In this document: positions 31,676-41,841 of the stretch, piece by piece
How positions within the stretch are numbered: position 1 is the first letter of the stretch
Layout of the letters: each line of letters starts with the position of its first letter
NCBI GenBank assembly: GCA_905181595.1
Contig: CAJIYI010000001.1
Location: forward strand, 3,551 to 67,550
Source: an uncultured SAR86 cluster bacterium
Lineage (GTDB): Bacteria > Pseudomonadota > Gammaproteobacteria > Magnimaribacterales > D2472
Reading direction: 5' to 3'
Length of the DNA stretch: 64,000 bases
Notes under the pieces: model-generated
The model's input: only the letters and a program-made list of their open reading frames with translations
What the model was told of the DNA's origin: nothing
Database searches by the model: none
Made by a program: the position numbers and the translations under genes

Positions 31676-32236
31676 TTAAACCCTTCCCGAGTATTCCCCT
31701 GATCTAGTGTCCACCTTGATTTTCTCTCCCTCTTCAACAAACAAAGGAACTTGAATCGTTACACCGGTCTCTAACTCTGCTGGCTTAGTTGCACCTGAGA
31801 CAGTGTCTCCTTTGATGCCTGGATCAGATCTAGAAATGGTTAATTCTACAAACGCAGGTGGCTCTACAGTGATCGGCTCATCATTCCAAATAACCACTTC
31901 GCAAGTTTCTTGGCCTATAAGCCATTTTTTTGCATCAGCAACCACTTTTTCAGTTATTCCAATTTGCTCAAAAGTTGTGGAATTCATAAAATGCCAGAAA
32001 TCACCATCTGAATACAGATAACTCATTTCAACCGTGCTCACATCTGCCTCTTCTACAGACTCACCAGATTTATATGTTTTATCGATCACCTTATCGGTCA
32101 TTAAGTTTCTAAATTTCACACGCATGACCGCTTGCCCTTTACCTGGCTTATGAAACTCATGCTCTATAATGGAACAAGGTTGCCCGCTGATGATAATTTT
32201 GAGACCGTTTTTAAATTGGCTTGTTGATATTTTCAT
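31676..32236 (-). CDS. efp: elongation factor P
   Basis: FKNGLKI...HKPGKGQAVMRVKFRNLMT is present. The modification-loop residue is Lys (KPGKGQA). Confidence 0.95.
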   Translation of the reverse strand: MKISTSQFKNGLKIIISGQPCSIIEHEFHKPGKGQAVMRVKFRNLMTDKVIDKTYKSGESVEEADVSTVEMSYLYSDGDFWHFMNSTTFEQIGITEKVVADAKKWLIGQETCEVVIWNDEPITVEPPAFVELTISRSDPGIKGDTVSGATKPAELETGVTIQVPLFVEEGEKIKVDTRSGEYSGRV

Positions 32237-32281
32237 TGTGTGATTTACTTTCTTTTTGTATTAATTATGGAGTTTGTTCGG

Positions 32282-34114
32282 ATGCATAAATTATTATTAT
32301 CTACTGTATTGCTTTCTATTGTCGTTATTTCTTCTTGTTCAAGTCAACAAGCTCCTGCCTTAAATGAATCTGACGTAGAAACATTTTTAGAGCGAGTTGA
32401 GCTAGAAGACAAAACCCTCGGCCCCGTAGCAAGCTCAGCTTACTGGCTACAAGCTAATTTTATCACTTATGATTCTCAGAAAGTAGTTGCAGATTATGGA
32501 AAAAGATTTCAACTTCTGGCTCTAGAGCGAGCAAGACAAGCATCTACCTTTGATGATGTTGAAGTTTCAGAGGAAAACAGAAGAAAGCTCAATCTAATCA
32601 AAAACTCCTTTGTCATGCCATCGCCTTTGGACGATACCTTGGCAGGAGAGATTGCCAATATCATGGCAGAGCTTGATGCGATGTATGGGGCTGGGCAACA
32701 TTGTTTTGGCGAGGGTGATTGCTATGACTTAGAAGCATTTGAAGGGGTTATTGATAATTCTAGAGACCCGGATGAACTATTAAAAGCATGGGAAGGCTGG
32801 AGAAATATTGGCACGCCCATGAAAGACAAATATTTAAGAATGGTTGAAATTGGTAATCTGGGTGCAAAAGATCTTGGTTATGAAGGCCTTACTGATCTGT
32901 GGTTTAGTCAATACGACATGCCGGCAGAAGAATTTTTAGCTGAAACTGACAGAGTATGGGACGAGCTTAAGCCTTTGTATGATGCATTGCATTGCCATGT
33001 CAGAAGTGAACTTTCAGAGCATTATGGCGAAGAAGTTGTTTCAAAAGAGGGCGTATTGCCTGCCCATGTTTTAGGAAATATGTGGGGCCAATCTTGGGCC
33101 AATGTATATGATTTGGTATACACACCAGATAATCCCAATGCATCCAGTGGAATTGACTTAACAAAGATTTTAGAAGAAAAAAATATCGATGAAATAGAGA
33201 TGACAAAAATTGCAGAAAATTTCTTCATCTCCCTTGGCTTTCAACCGCTGCCCGATACTTTCTGGGAGAGATCTCTTTTTGTAAAGCCGCAAGATCGTAG
33301 CGTCGTGTGCCATGCATCTGCGTGGAATCTTGATGCGGATGCAAATGACCTTAGAATAAAAATGTGCATTGAAAGAAATGCTGAAGATTTCTCAACCATT
33401 CATCACGAGCTCGGGCATATTTTTTACTATCAAGCATATAACAGCACGCAACCTAGCGTATTTCAGAGCGGAGCCAATGACGGCTTTCATGAGGCGGTAG
33501 GTGACTTATTGTCTCTTTCAATCACTCCTGAGTATTACAATAAAATTGGTTTAATTTCAGAGGCTGAAGCCAAAGATGCAACATCAGATCCAATATCTCT
33601 TCTTATGCAACAAGCATTACAAGGAGTTGTTTCAGTTCCATGGACCTTGATGCTAGATAAGTGGAGGGCTGGAGTTTTTTCAGGTGAAACCTCTGAGTCA
33701 GAGCTCAATAATTCTTGGTGGGAACTAAGAGAGTACTATCAAGGAATAGGAGTGCCAAGAGAAAGGGGAGCAGATGCATTTGATCCAGGTGCAAAATACC
33801 ATATTCCTGGAAATACTCCGTACACAAGATATTACTTAGCACAAATTCTCCAATATCAATTTCATGAATCACTTTGCAATCAAATGGGTTTTGAAGGACC
33901 TTTGCACGAGTGCTCTATTTACGACAATGAGCTTGCCGGTAAAAAGTTAAGAGCAATGCTTTCTCTAGGGCAAAGCCAAGAGTGGCAAGTGGCTCTTGAG
34001 GCGCTCACAGGAACACGTTCTCTCAGCGGTAAATCAATGTTAAATTATTACAAACCGCTCAAGGATTGGTTGGATGTTCAAAACACTGATCGTACTTGTG
34101 GATGGGAGGGATAA
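32282..34114 (+). CDS. M2 family peptidyl-dipeptidase A (angiotensin-converting-enzyme-like), lipoprotein
   Basis: The zinc motif is HHELGHIFY, with the downstream EAVGD glutamate spaced as in ACE. The internal Met 32282 gives MHKLLLSTVLLSIVVISSC, which carries a lipobox. Confidence 0.8.
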   Translation: MHKLLLSTVLLSIVVISSCSSQQAPALNESDVETFLERVELEDKTLGPVASSAYWLQANFITYDSQKVVADYGKRFQLLALERARQASTFDDVEVSEENRRKLNLIKNSFVMPSPLDDTLAGEIANIMAELDAMYGAGQHCFGEGDCYDLEAFEGVIDNSRDPDELLKAWEGWRNIGTPMKDKYLRMVEIGNLGAKDLGYEGLTDLWFSQYDMPAEEFLAETDRVWDELKPLYDALHCHVRSELSEHYGEEVVSKEGVLPAHVLGNMWGQSWANVYDLVYTPDNPNASSGIDLTKILEEKNIDEIEMTKIAENFFISLGFQPLPDTFWERSLFVKPQDRSVVCHASAWNLDADANDLRIKMCIERNAEDFSTIHHELGHIFYYQAYNSTQPSVFQSGANDGFHEAVGDLLSLSITPEYYNKIGLISEAEAKDATSDPISLLMQQALQGVVSVPWTLMLDKWRAGVFSGETSESELNNSWWELREYYQGIGVPRERGADAFDPGAKYHIPGNTPYTRYYLAQILQYQFHESLCNQMGFEGPLHECSIYDNELAGKKLRAMLSLGQSQEWQVALEALTGTRSLSGKSMLNYYKPLKDWLDVQNTDRTCGWEG

Positions 34115-34987
34115 TGAAACACTTAACTAATTTAGCTATCGCTGCTGGAGTTTTTATTTTTACAAAACTTTATGCTGATGCAATTTCTTTTAACAGCATT
34201 GAGTTATCAGGAGTGAATTTGGTTGGTCACCTCTTGGTCCTGATCTTTGTCATTCAATGGATTGCATATATTCCAGCTTTTATATTTAAAACTGAAAAAT
34301 TTTATGATTTAACAGGCAGCCTTACTTATATAGCTGCTATTTCATTTGCTTTATATTCCACCAATACTCTCTCAAAGCCTTGATCTGGGTAGCCTAATCA
34401 TAGGCGCTGCAATTATCGTCTGGGCGGTAAGACTGGGCTCATTTTTATTTATGAGAGTTCACAAAGATAAAAAAGATGGACGATTTGATACTATCAAAAC
34501 TTCCTTCTCTCAATTTTTTATGACATGGACTTTGCAAGGCATGTGGGTTTTTATATGCTCATCTGCAGCATTGGTTGCAATCGCCAATCCAACAGGCGTG
34601 CCGATAAACATTGTATTTATAATAGGCCTGGCACTATTTATTTTAGGCTTTGTGGTTGAGATCATTGCTGATAATCAGAAGTCTGCGTTTCGATCCATTC
34701 CTGAGAACAAAGATGTTTTTATTAATGAAGGATTATGGGCAAGGTCCAGACACCCAAATTATTTCGGTGAAATCACTTTATGGACTGGCATTACTGTAAT
34801 GGGCATATCTACTTTTGAAGGCATGAACTATTTAGCACTTTTCTCACCAATATTTTCATATCTATTACTGAACTATGTCAGTGGTGTGAGAATGTTAGAG
34901 TATAGAGGGCACAAAAAATGGGGGCATCTTGATGCTTATGTAACCTACAAGAAATCTACTCCCAAATTCATCCCAAAAATTTTTTAA
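34114..34987 (+). CDS. DUF1295 (steroid 5-alpha-reductase-like) membrane protein (apparent frameshift)
   Basis: GLWARSRHPNYFGEITLWTG is present. ORFs 34096..34383 and 34346..34987 join near 34370. ATG 34114 overlaps the M2 peptidase stop as TAATG. Confidence 0.7.
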
Positions 34988-35153
34988 GATTTACTAAAAT
35001 GTTTTTAAATAAGACGCATAAATCTTTACATTTTTTTCCGTTACTTAATAACACTAAATAATGCAAATTAGGTACAATGACAGTGCAAAAAAAGTTTGAA
35101 TAATTTCACAACACTAGTTAGACTAGTGAACCATTTTTCTAGGGAGAAAAAAA

Positions 35154-35906
35154 ATGTTAAATAAAAGTTTATTAACTTTGGCTATGCTTACTACATTTGT
35201 AGCTGCATCAGAGATGGAAGCAATTCTTGAGGTTGGCAGAGATAACACAGAGTTATCTGCGCAATCACAGGGCAAAATTGATGCTACAGACTCAGCAACC
35301 GATAAATTGATCAATGAGTTTAAAGTGGTATCAAAACAGGTTGAAGGGCTAAAGCTTTACAACGCTCAAAAAAGAATCCAGATTCAGGCTCAGCTTGATT
35401 TAATGGATCAATACGACGAACAGCTTGTTCAAGTTGTAATCATGCAAAGACAAGTCCCGCCTCTAGCTCAAAGAATGCTAGCTGGCCTAGAAAAATACGT
35501 AAAACTTGATACACCTTTTCACATAGAAGAAAGATTGCAAAGACTAGATTTAGTTAGAGCGTCTTTGTCTAATCCAAAAGTTACTGCTTCAGAGCAGGTT
35601 AGACAAATTCTTGAGGCTTATAACATCGAAGGCGAGTATGGAAGAAAGCTTGATGCATATGACGAGACTATTGTTCTTGATGGCAAGGAAATGGTTGTGA
35701 ATATCCTAAGGGTTGGAAGACTGGGAATGTTCTTCCAAACTAAAGACGAAAGAAAAACAGGTTATTACGATACTGAGCTTGGTTCATGGGAAGAGCTTTC
35801 AGGAAGCTATAGAGTTCAAGTCAGAGATGGTATTAGAATGGCTCAAAAATTAGCACCAATGGATATCATGATGCTGCCGATTGTCTACAGAGGAGAAGCT
35901 TCATGA
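35154..35906 (+). CDS. DUF3450 / TtpB-like periplasmic protein of TonB2-type system
   Basis: It has a signal peptide and a coiled-coil body. It is the first gene of a ttpB-ttpC-exbB-exbD-tonB-ttpD-like array. Confidence 0.6.
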   Translation: MLNKSLLTLAMLTTFVAASEMEAILEVGRDNTELSAQSQGKIDATDSATDKLINEFKVVSKQVEGLKLYNAQKRIQIQAQLDLMDQYDEQLVQVVIMQRQVPPLAQRMLAGLEKYVKLDTPFHIEERLQRLDLVRASLSNPKVTASEQVRQILEAYNIEGEYGRKLDAYDETIVLDGKEMVVNILRVGRLGMFFQTKDERKTGYYDTELGSWEELSGSYRVQVRDGIRMAQKLAPMDIMMLPIVYRGEAS

Positions 35907-37282
35907 AAAATTTAAATAAATATTTACTGTCTTTTGCTTTAATTGGAACAATTTCAGTATTTGCGCAAGACGTTGTTGAAGGTGAGGCTACTACTACGCA
36001 AGCTTTACTTCAAATGGTTTTAGAGGGCAGAACATCTGAGCAAACAGCTAACTCAAAAAGAGAGGCTGACTTTGGAGCGACTAAAAATAAGCAAGCTGCA
36101 AAATTAGCAGCTGAAAAAAGAGAGCTCGCTAGACAAGAAAAAATTGCAGACACCCTTGAAAAGGAATACAAAGCAAATGAATCTATATTAGTTGTTAAAG
36201 AGACTGCTTATAAGAAAGAGCTTGGTTCATTGGTTGAGCTTTTTGGACATTTGCAGAGCTCAGCTGGTGAAGCTAGTGCTCTTTTTGCTGACTCACTATC
36301 ATCAGGTCAATATGGCAGAGACAGAGAAACTTTTCTAAACAACCTATCTTCTAAGATGTCTAGTGCAACTGAGTTGCCAACAATTAGAGAGCTTGAAGGT
36401 CTCTGGTATGAGCTTCAAAGAGAAATGGTTGCGGGATCAGAGGTTGTAACATTTAACGCTAACGTCATCACTCTTGAAGGTGACTCAGTTGTATGTGCTG
36501 TGACCAGAGTTGGTTTATACAATGCAATTTGTGATGGAAAATATCTTGAGTACATTAGCAGCAAAGGACAGTATGCATTCTTAGGTAAGCAGCCAGAAGG
36601 TCGTTACGTCAGTACTGCAAAAAAACTATCTAAAGCCGATGCAGGCGATGTTGTTAAATTTGGTGTAGATCCTACGGGACCAGTTGGCGGAAGCTTGCTT
36701 GCTAATTTAATTCAAAACCCAAGCCTCATGGAGAGAGTTCATCAAGGACGTGAAGTTGGTTACATCATCATCTTTGTTGGTCTGATAGGTATCAGCATAG
36801 CTTTTTGGAAGCTATTCCAGCTATACACTATGGGCGTAGCAGTTAAGAAACAAGCCACATCAAAAACTCATGATCAATCTAATCCACTGGGCAGAGTTCT
36901 GGCAGTTGGTGAAAAACACATGAGCAAGGATATCGAGACGCTTGAGTTAAGATTGGCTGAGGCAATCATGGCTGAAAGACCTGATATCGAGCGCGGCATC
37001 AATGTTGTAAAAATAATTTCAGTTGTTGCACCTTTGGCTGGACTTCTAGGAACAGTTACAGGGATGATTGTTACCTTCCAACAAATTACTTTGTTTGGAA
37101 CGGGCGATCCAAAAATTATGGCTGGTGGTATTTCCCAGGCTCTAGTTACGACTGTTTTAGGTCTAGTAGTTGCAATTCCAACAACGCTTTTACATTCTTT
37201 TGCTAATTCTTCAGCAAGAGGCATTATTAATGTTCTCGAAGAACAAAGCACAGGAATCGTAGCAGAACATTCTGATAAATAA
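35903..37282 (+). CDS. TtpC-like large MotA/TolQ/ExbB proton-channel protein
   Basis: 459 aa. A long periplasmic N-terminal part precedes a C-terminal ExbB-type channel (APLAGLLGTVTGMIVTFQ..GISQALVTTVLGL). Confidence 0.75.
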   Translation: MKNLNKYLLSFALIGTISVFAQDVVEGEATTTQALLQMVLEGRTSEQTANSKREADFGATKNKQAAKLAAEKRELARQEKIADTLEKEYKANESILVVKETAYKKELGSLVELFGHLQSSAGEASALFADSLSSGQYGRDRETFLNNLSSKMSSATELPTIRELEGLWYELQREMVAGSEVVTFNANVITLEGDSVVCAVTRVGLYNAICDGKYLEYISSKGQYAFLGKQPEGRYVSTAKKLSKADAGDVVKFGVDPTGPVGGSLLANLIQNPSLMERVHQGREVGYIIIFVGLIGISIAFWKLFQLYTMGVAVKKQATSKTHDQSNPLGRVLAVGEKHMSKDIETLELRLAEAIMAERPDIERGINVVKIISVVAPLAGLLGTVTGMIVTFQQITLFGTGDPKIMAGGISQALVTTVLGLVVAIPTTLLHSFANSSARGIINVLEEQSTGIVAEHSDK

Positions 37283-37291
37283 TTAGAGATA

Positions 37292-37816
37292 ATGTTCTAC
37301 GCAATTACTGAAGCATTTAATACCCTCAGAGACTTTATGTCCGCTGGGGGAAGTGTGCTTTGGTTGATTGCAATCCTAGCAGGCTTCATGTGGGCAATAA
37401 TATTAGAAAGAATTTGGTACTTTAATGCAGGTCACAAAGTCTATATGCAAGATATTCGGTCTGAATGGGAAGCAGTAGGCGATCACACAACATGGAGAGC
37501 GCAGCAAATCAAAGATAAGCTTACCTCTCAAGCAAAGACTGAAGTTAACAAATATTTACCTCTTATTAATACATGTGTTGCTCTTGCACCCCTTTTTGGG
37601 TTGCTTGGAACAGTTACAGGCATGATCGAGGTCTTTCAGGTCATGGCTTTTACAGGTGGTGGTGATGCAAGATCTATGGCTGGAGGAGTTTCAAAAGCTA
37701 CGCTTACCAACTATGGCCGGTATGACAACAGCTCTATCTGGAGTTTTTGCTACCATATACCTTACATCGGCTAAAAATAGAGAAGAAAATTCAATCAAAG
37801 AAATAATTAAAAGTTA
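37292..37816 (+). CDS. exbB: ExbB/TolQ proton channel (apparent C-terminal frameshift)
   Basis: APLFGLLGTVTGMIEVF is present. The last TM helix (PTMAGMTTALSGVFATIYL...) is in another frame and ends at TAA 37814-37816. The junction is near 37705. Confidence 0.8.
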
Positions 37817-37830
37817 AATAGGAGAATATC

Positions 37831-38241
37831 GTGAGAAGAAACGCTATATCAAGTGCAGTACAAGACGAAGAAGCTGAAATTAATATGACTCCCATGCTTG
37901 ATGTTGTGTTCATCATGCTTATCTTTTTTATTGTTACAGCCAACTTTATCAAAGAGCCTGGCCTAGAAATTAATAGACCAGATGCAAGCACAGCTGAAAC
38001 TCAAGAAAATGCTGCAATATTGATTGCAATTGGTGCTTCTGGAGAAATATGGATGGACGGAAGAAGAATTGACGCCCGCCAAGTTAAAGCAAATGTTGTT
38101 AAGCTTTTAGCAGATAATCCTCAGGGATCAGTTGTGATTCAAGCAGATGAAAAAGCAATGGCTGATACTATTATTAAAGTAATGGATGGCGCTAGAGAAG
38201 CTGGCGTATTTAACATTTCGCTTGCATCAGAGCCAAAATAG
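37831..38241 (+). CDS. exbD: biopolymer transport protein ExbD/TolR
   Basis: INMTPMLDVVFIMLIFFIV is the TM helix. GTG start preceded by AGGAG. 136 aa. Confidence 0.85.
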   Translation: MRRNAISSAVQDEEAEINMTPMLDVVFIMLIFFIVTANFIKEPGLEINRPDASTAETQENAAILIAIGASGEIWMDGRRIDARQVKANVVKLLADNPQGSVVIQADEKAMADTIIKVMDGAREAGVFNISLASEPK

Positions 38242-38250
38242 AGAATCATA

Positions 38251-38969
38251 TTGAATACTGCTGCTAATAGTTTAAATTCTGCTTCGCAAATCTTATCGAA
38301 GATTGTTACTCCGTTGGCAGACCTTTATTACAAAGCATTTAATTTTAATAAATATTTAGCAGGCGTTGGCTTTGCTTCTCTTATAACTCTCTCTCTTTTC
38401 TTTTTGATGGTTGCGTTGATATCTCTTGGGGATGCTGGCATTCCGGAGGACAATTCAAGGAAGCTTGGTGATGTCATCATGCCAGATAGAGACATTGATA
38501 CTCTTATTTGATAACGTTGATAAGCCTGAAGAGCCTGAAGAACAACCCGAAGACATTGCTCAGCCAGAATTAGACCTAGCACCTATAGCTGGGATGGACG
38601 TGAGTCTTCCAAAACCAAAAGCTAACTTTGCAAGCAGCGGCTCATTTTTTAGAGACGGCGAATATATTCCACTGTTTAAAGTTACTCCCATTTATCCAAG
38701 AAGAGCTCAAGAGCGAGGTATCATGGGATATGCGGTTGTGGCATTCACTATTACGGAAACTGGAACCGTAGAAAATGCTGAGGCTCTTGAAGGAATGTGT
38801 GGAGATCCTCACGAATCCTGAAACAGTATTTAGAGCATGTTCTATTTTTAATTCAGCAGCTAAACGTGCATCAGTAAAACTGAAGTACAAACCAAAGATT
38901 GTTGATGGAAAAGCTGTCAGAGTTGATAATGTTCCTCATAAGTTTACTTTTATCTTGGAGGAAGACTGA
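38251..38969 (+). CDS. tonB: energy transducer TonB (two apparent frameshifts)
   Basis: It has an N-terminal TM helix, the acidic/Pro linker KPEEPEEQPEDIAQPE, and a C-terminal domain (YPRRAQERGIMGYAVVAF...KYKPKIVDGKAV). These are spread over three frames with junctions near 38505 and 38810. Confidence 0.75.
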
Positions 38970-40473
38970 TGCCTAAAATAATTGCTCGCAATACATTTGT
39001 CTTACTTGCCTTAGGTTTTACATTAAGCGTAACCGATCTTTCTGCACAAAGCAGAGCGGATGAACCATCTGTTGGTGGAAGCTCCCAAAAAACTGGAAAA
39101 ACAAGATCATACAAAAAAGCTAGAGTACTTCAACCTTCAACTGCAAAGAAGATTGTAAAAATAGTAGAGGCCCTTGAAAGACAAAAGACTGTTAGGGTCC
39201 CAGATCCATTGAACGAAGGTCAATTTATTGAAAAAGAAGAAGACGATCCTGATTTTGTAGAAGCAAATTCATCCTGACAGAATTGCTCAATCGAAAAGAT
39301 GAGATGAGAAGTTATGATCGCTCAGTTATGTGGAATTACTGGGGTTACATTTATTTCAGTGCAGAAGATTATGATAGAGCCATGGGTGCTTATGAAAATC
39401 TTCTTCAGGAACCAGAAGCAACAGTCCCATTAAGAACTTCATCATTATTAACTTTAGCTCAGCTTAACCTTGTAAAAGAAAATTGGGACAAAGGTATTGC
39501 CTTAATTCTTCAGTGGATGGATGAGGTAGAGAATGTTACTGCTCAGTCTCATGCATTGTTAGGACAAGCATATTTTCAAAAGAAAGACTTTGTTCGAGCT
39601 AGAAAATCAGTAGAAGAGGCAATTAGAATTGCTGAAGAAGTTGAGGAGTATAGGCCTAAAGAAAATTGGTATGTATTATTGGCAGCATCGCTGTACGAAC
39701 TAAAAGAAGCTAAAGTCATTAGTCAGCTTTATGCTTTAGAGCAGCAAGTATTAATTTATGAAATTCTTGTTAACTACTATCCTAAGAAATCATACTTTAT
39801 TCAATTGGGCGGCACATATGCTCAAATGGAAAGAGAGGAAGACTACATGCTGGTTCTTAAAGCTGCATACGAAAAAGATTTTCTTGATAAGGAAAGTGAG
39901 TATCAGGCTTTAGCTCAGTTGCTTCTTCTTAACAAAAATCCTTATTGGGCTGCTCAAGTCTTGGTTGCCGGCCAAAATAAAAAAATAACTATTAAAGATG
40001 AGAAAACTGGCGAAGAGGAGACCTTCCCCGTCATCAAAGAAAGTGAGAAAAACTTAAAGCTCTTGGGAGATGCATGGAGAATGGCGCAGGAAATTGATAA
40101 AGCCATTCCTGTTCTTGAAAAGGCAGCTAAATTGTCTAAAGATGGAGATCTTTATGTTCTATTAGGCAACCTCTATTTATATGAAGATAGAATGGAAGAC
40201 TCCATTCGAGCGATCGAAAATGCCTTAAAAAAATCTAAGATTAAAAGTAGATCACAGGCTCAATTAGTTTTAGGCCAAGCTCATTTTGAATTAGAAAATT
40301 TTGACGAAGCAAAAAAACAATTTAGGTTAGCCGCTAGAGATGAAAACAAGCGAATTAAAAAGACTGCTAATTCTTGGATCAAGTATGCTGAGAATGAGGC
40401 AATTAGAGTTCAAAATCTTAATCTCAGAAGAGAGTTTATTGAGAAATCTAACGCTGAATCTAAAAAGAGCTAA
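38969..40473 (+). CDS. TPR-repeat protein, TtpD-like (apparent frameshift)
   Basis: It has a signal peptide (FVLLALGFTLSVTDLSAQ) and TPR-like repeats throughout. ORFs 38969..39277 and 39283..40473 join near 39265. It is the last gene of the TonB cluster. Confidence 0.6.
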
Positions 40474-40973
40474 TTCTTTAAATAAGTCTCAATCTTAAAG
40501 TTATATTCGTTGTCGGCATCTTTGGTGTGTGACTCATCTGAAATCATAGTCCAGTCTGTTAAATCAATATCAGGATAGAAAATATCACCTGTAATCTCGC
40601 AATCAACCCTAGTTAAGACTAATTTATTAACAATTAAGATACTCTCCTCGAATACACGGCCGCCACCAATCAGCACCACTTCATCATCTAATTCATTTTC
40701 TTTATTCCAGTTTTCTGCTGCAGCAATACCTTCTTCTAGGCTTCTGACTACCTCGATGCCTTCCTGATGAAGCATTGAAGATGAGATAACAATATTTTGT
40801 CTGTTTGGCAGAGGTCTTCCTATAGAATCAAAAGTTTTTCTGCCCATCACGATGGCTTTATTTTGCGTGTAAGAACTAAAGTGCTTGAGATCTCTTTTTA
40901 ATGTCCAAGGAAGGTCATTGTTGACCCCAATTACCGAATTATTTGAAAGTGCTACTAAGTGAGAAATATTCAT
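40470..40973 (-). CDS. folA: dihydrofolate reductase FolA
   Basis: The internal Met gives MNISHLVALSNNSVIGVNNDLPW. GRKTFDSIGRPLPNRQNIV and LIGGGRVF are present. The ATG at 40973 is 1 nt after the thyA stop. Confidence 0.9.
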   Translation of the reverse strand: MNISHLVALSNNSVIGVNNDLPWTLKRDLKHFSSYTQNKAIVMGRKTFDSIGRPLPNRQNIVISSSMLHQEGIEVVRSLEEGIAAAENWNKENELDDEVVLIGGGRVFEESILIVNKLVLTRVDCEITGDIFYPDIDLTDWTMISDESHTKDADNEYNFKIETYLKN

Positions 40974-40974
40974 C

Positions 40975-41841
40975 TTAAATTGCCATTGGGGCTTTAATTG
41001 CTGGATGAGAATCATATCCATCTAAAATAAAATCATCAATTGATAGGGTCTCGAGATCTTCAATAGATTCTATGTTTGGCATGATCAGTGAGGGCAACTT
41101 TTTTGGCTCTCTTGCTATCTGTTCTTTTGCTTGCTCAATACTATTTTTATAGATATGTGCATCACCGAACGTGTGAACAAAGTCTCCAGGCTCTAAGTTA
41201 AGAATATTTGCCAGAATAGATAACAGAAGGGCATAACTCGCAATGTTAAATGGAACTCCTAGGAACATATCAGCACTCCGCTGATACATTTGGCAGGAGA
41301 GTCGACCATTTGTTGAGACATAAAATTGTGACATAACATGGCAGGGTGGAAGAGCCATCTCATCTATTTTTTCTACATTCCATGCGCTTAATATATGTCT
41401 TCTCCCCATAGGATTAGAGCGAAGTCCATCAATGAGTTCTTGGATTTGATCTTTGCCTCCCCAATCTCTCCATTGGACCCCATATATTGGGCCAAGTTTT
41501 TTTACGGTCTCTGAGTTTGCATAGCCGAGTTCCACGCCTTGATTGTCAGCATTATCAGTCCAAATTGTAGAAAATTTCTCTAGGTCTGTTAGCTCTTCTC
41601 TGCTTTTTTGAAACCTTATTTCTGCAAGCCGACGCTCGTCATCTGAGCCCTCTAAAAACCATAGTAATTCTGAGACCACACCCTTCCAAGCAAGTTTTTT
41701 CGTGGTTACGGCAGGAAAACCATCTTGAAGATTGAAGCGAAGTTGATGCCCAAATGAGGATAAAACTCCGGTTTCAGTTCTGTCATCACGACTTTCACCG
41801 TTTTCAAGGATATCTTTTAATAGATCTAGATACTGCTTCAT
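40975..41841 (-). CDS. thyA: thymidylate synthase ThyA
   Basis: It has MKQYLDLL, LPPCH with the active-site Cys, QRSADMFLGVPFNIASY and GDAHIY. Confidence 0.95.
   Translation of the reverse strand: MKQYLDLLKDILENGESRDDRTETGVLSSFGHQLRFNLQDGFPAVTTKKLAWKGVVSELLWFLEGSDDERRLAEIRFQKSREELTDLEKFSTIWTDNADNQGVELGYANSETVKKLGPIYGVQWRDWGGKDQIQELIDGLRSNPMGRRHILSAWNVEKIDEMALPPCHVMSQFYVSTNGRLSCQMYQRSADMFLGVPFNIASYALLLSILANILNLEPGDFVHTFGDAHIYKNSIEQAKEQIAREPKKLPSLIMPNIESIEDLETLSIDDFILDGYDSHPAIKAPMAI

Noticed and set aside
34988-35153. Fur box upstream of the TonB cluster (around TAAATAATGCAAATTAGG)
   Set aside because: It is only a weak, non-palindromic resemblance to the Fur consensus, so it is not strong enough to call.
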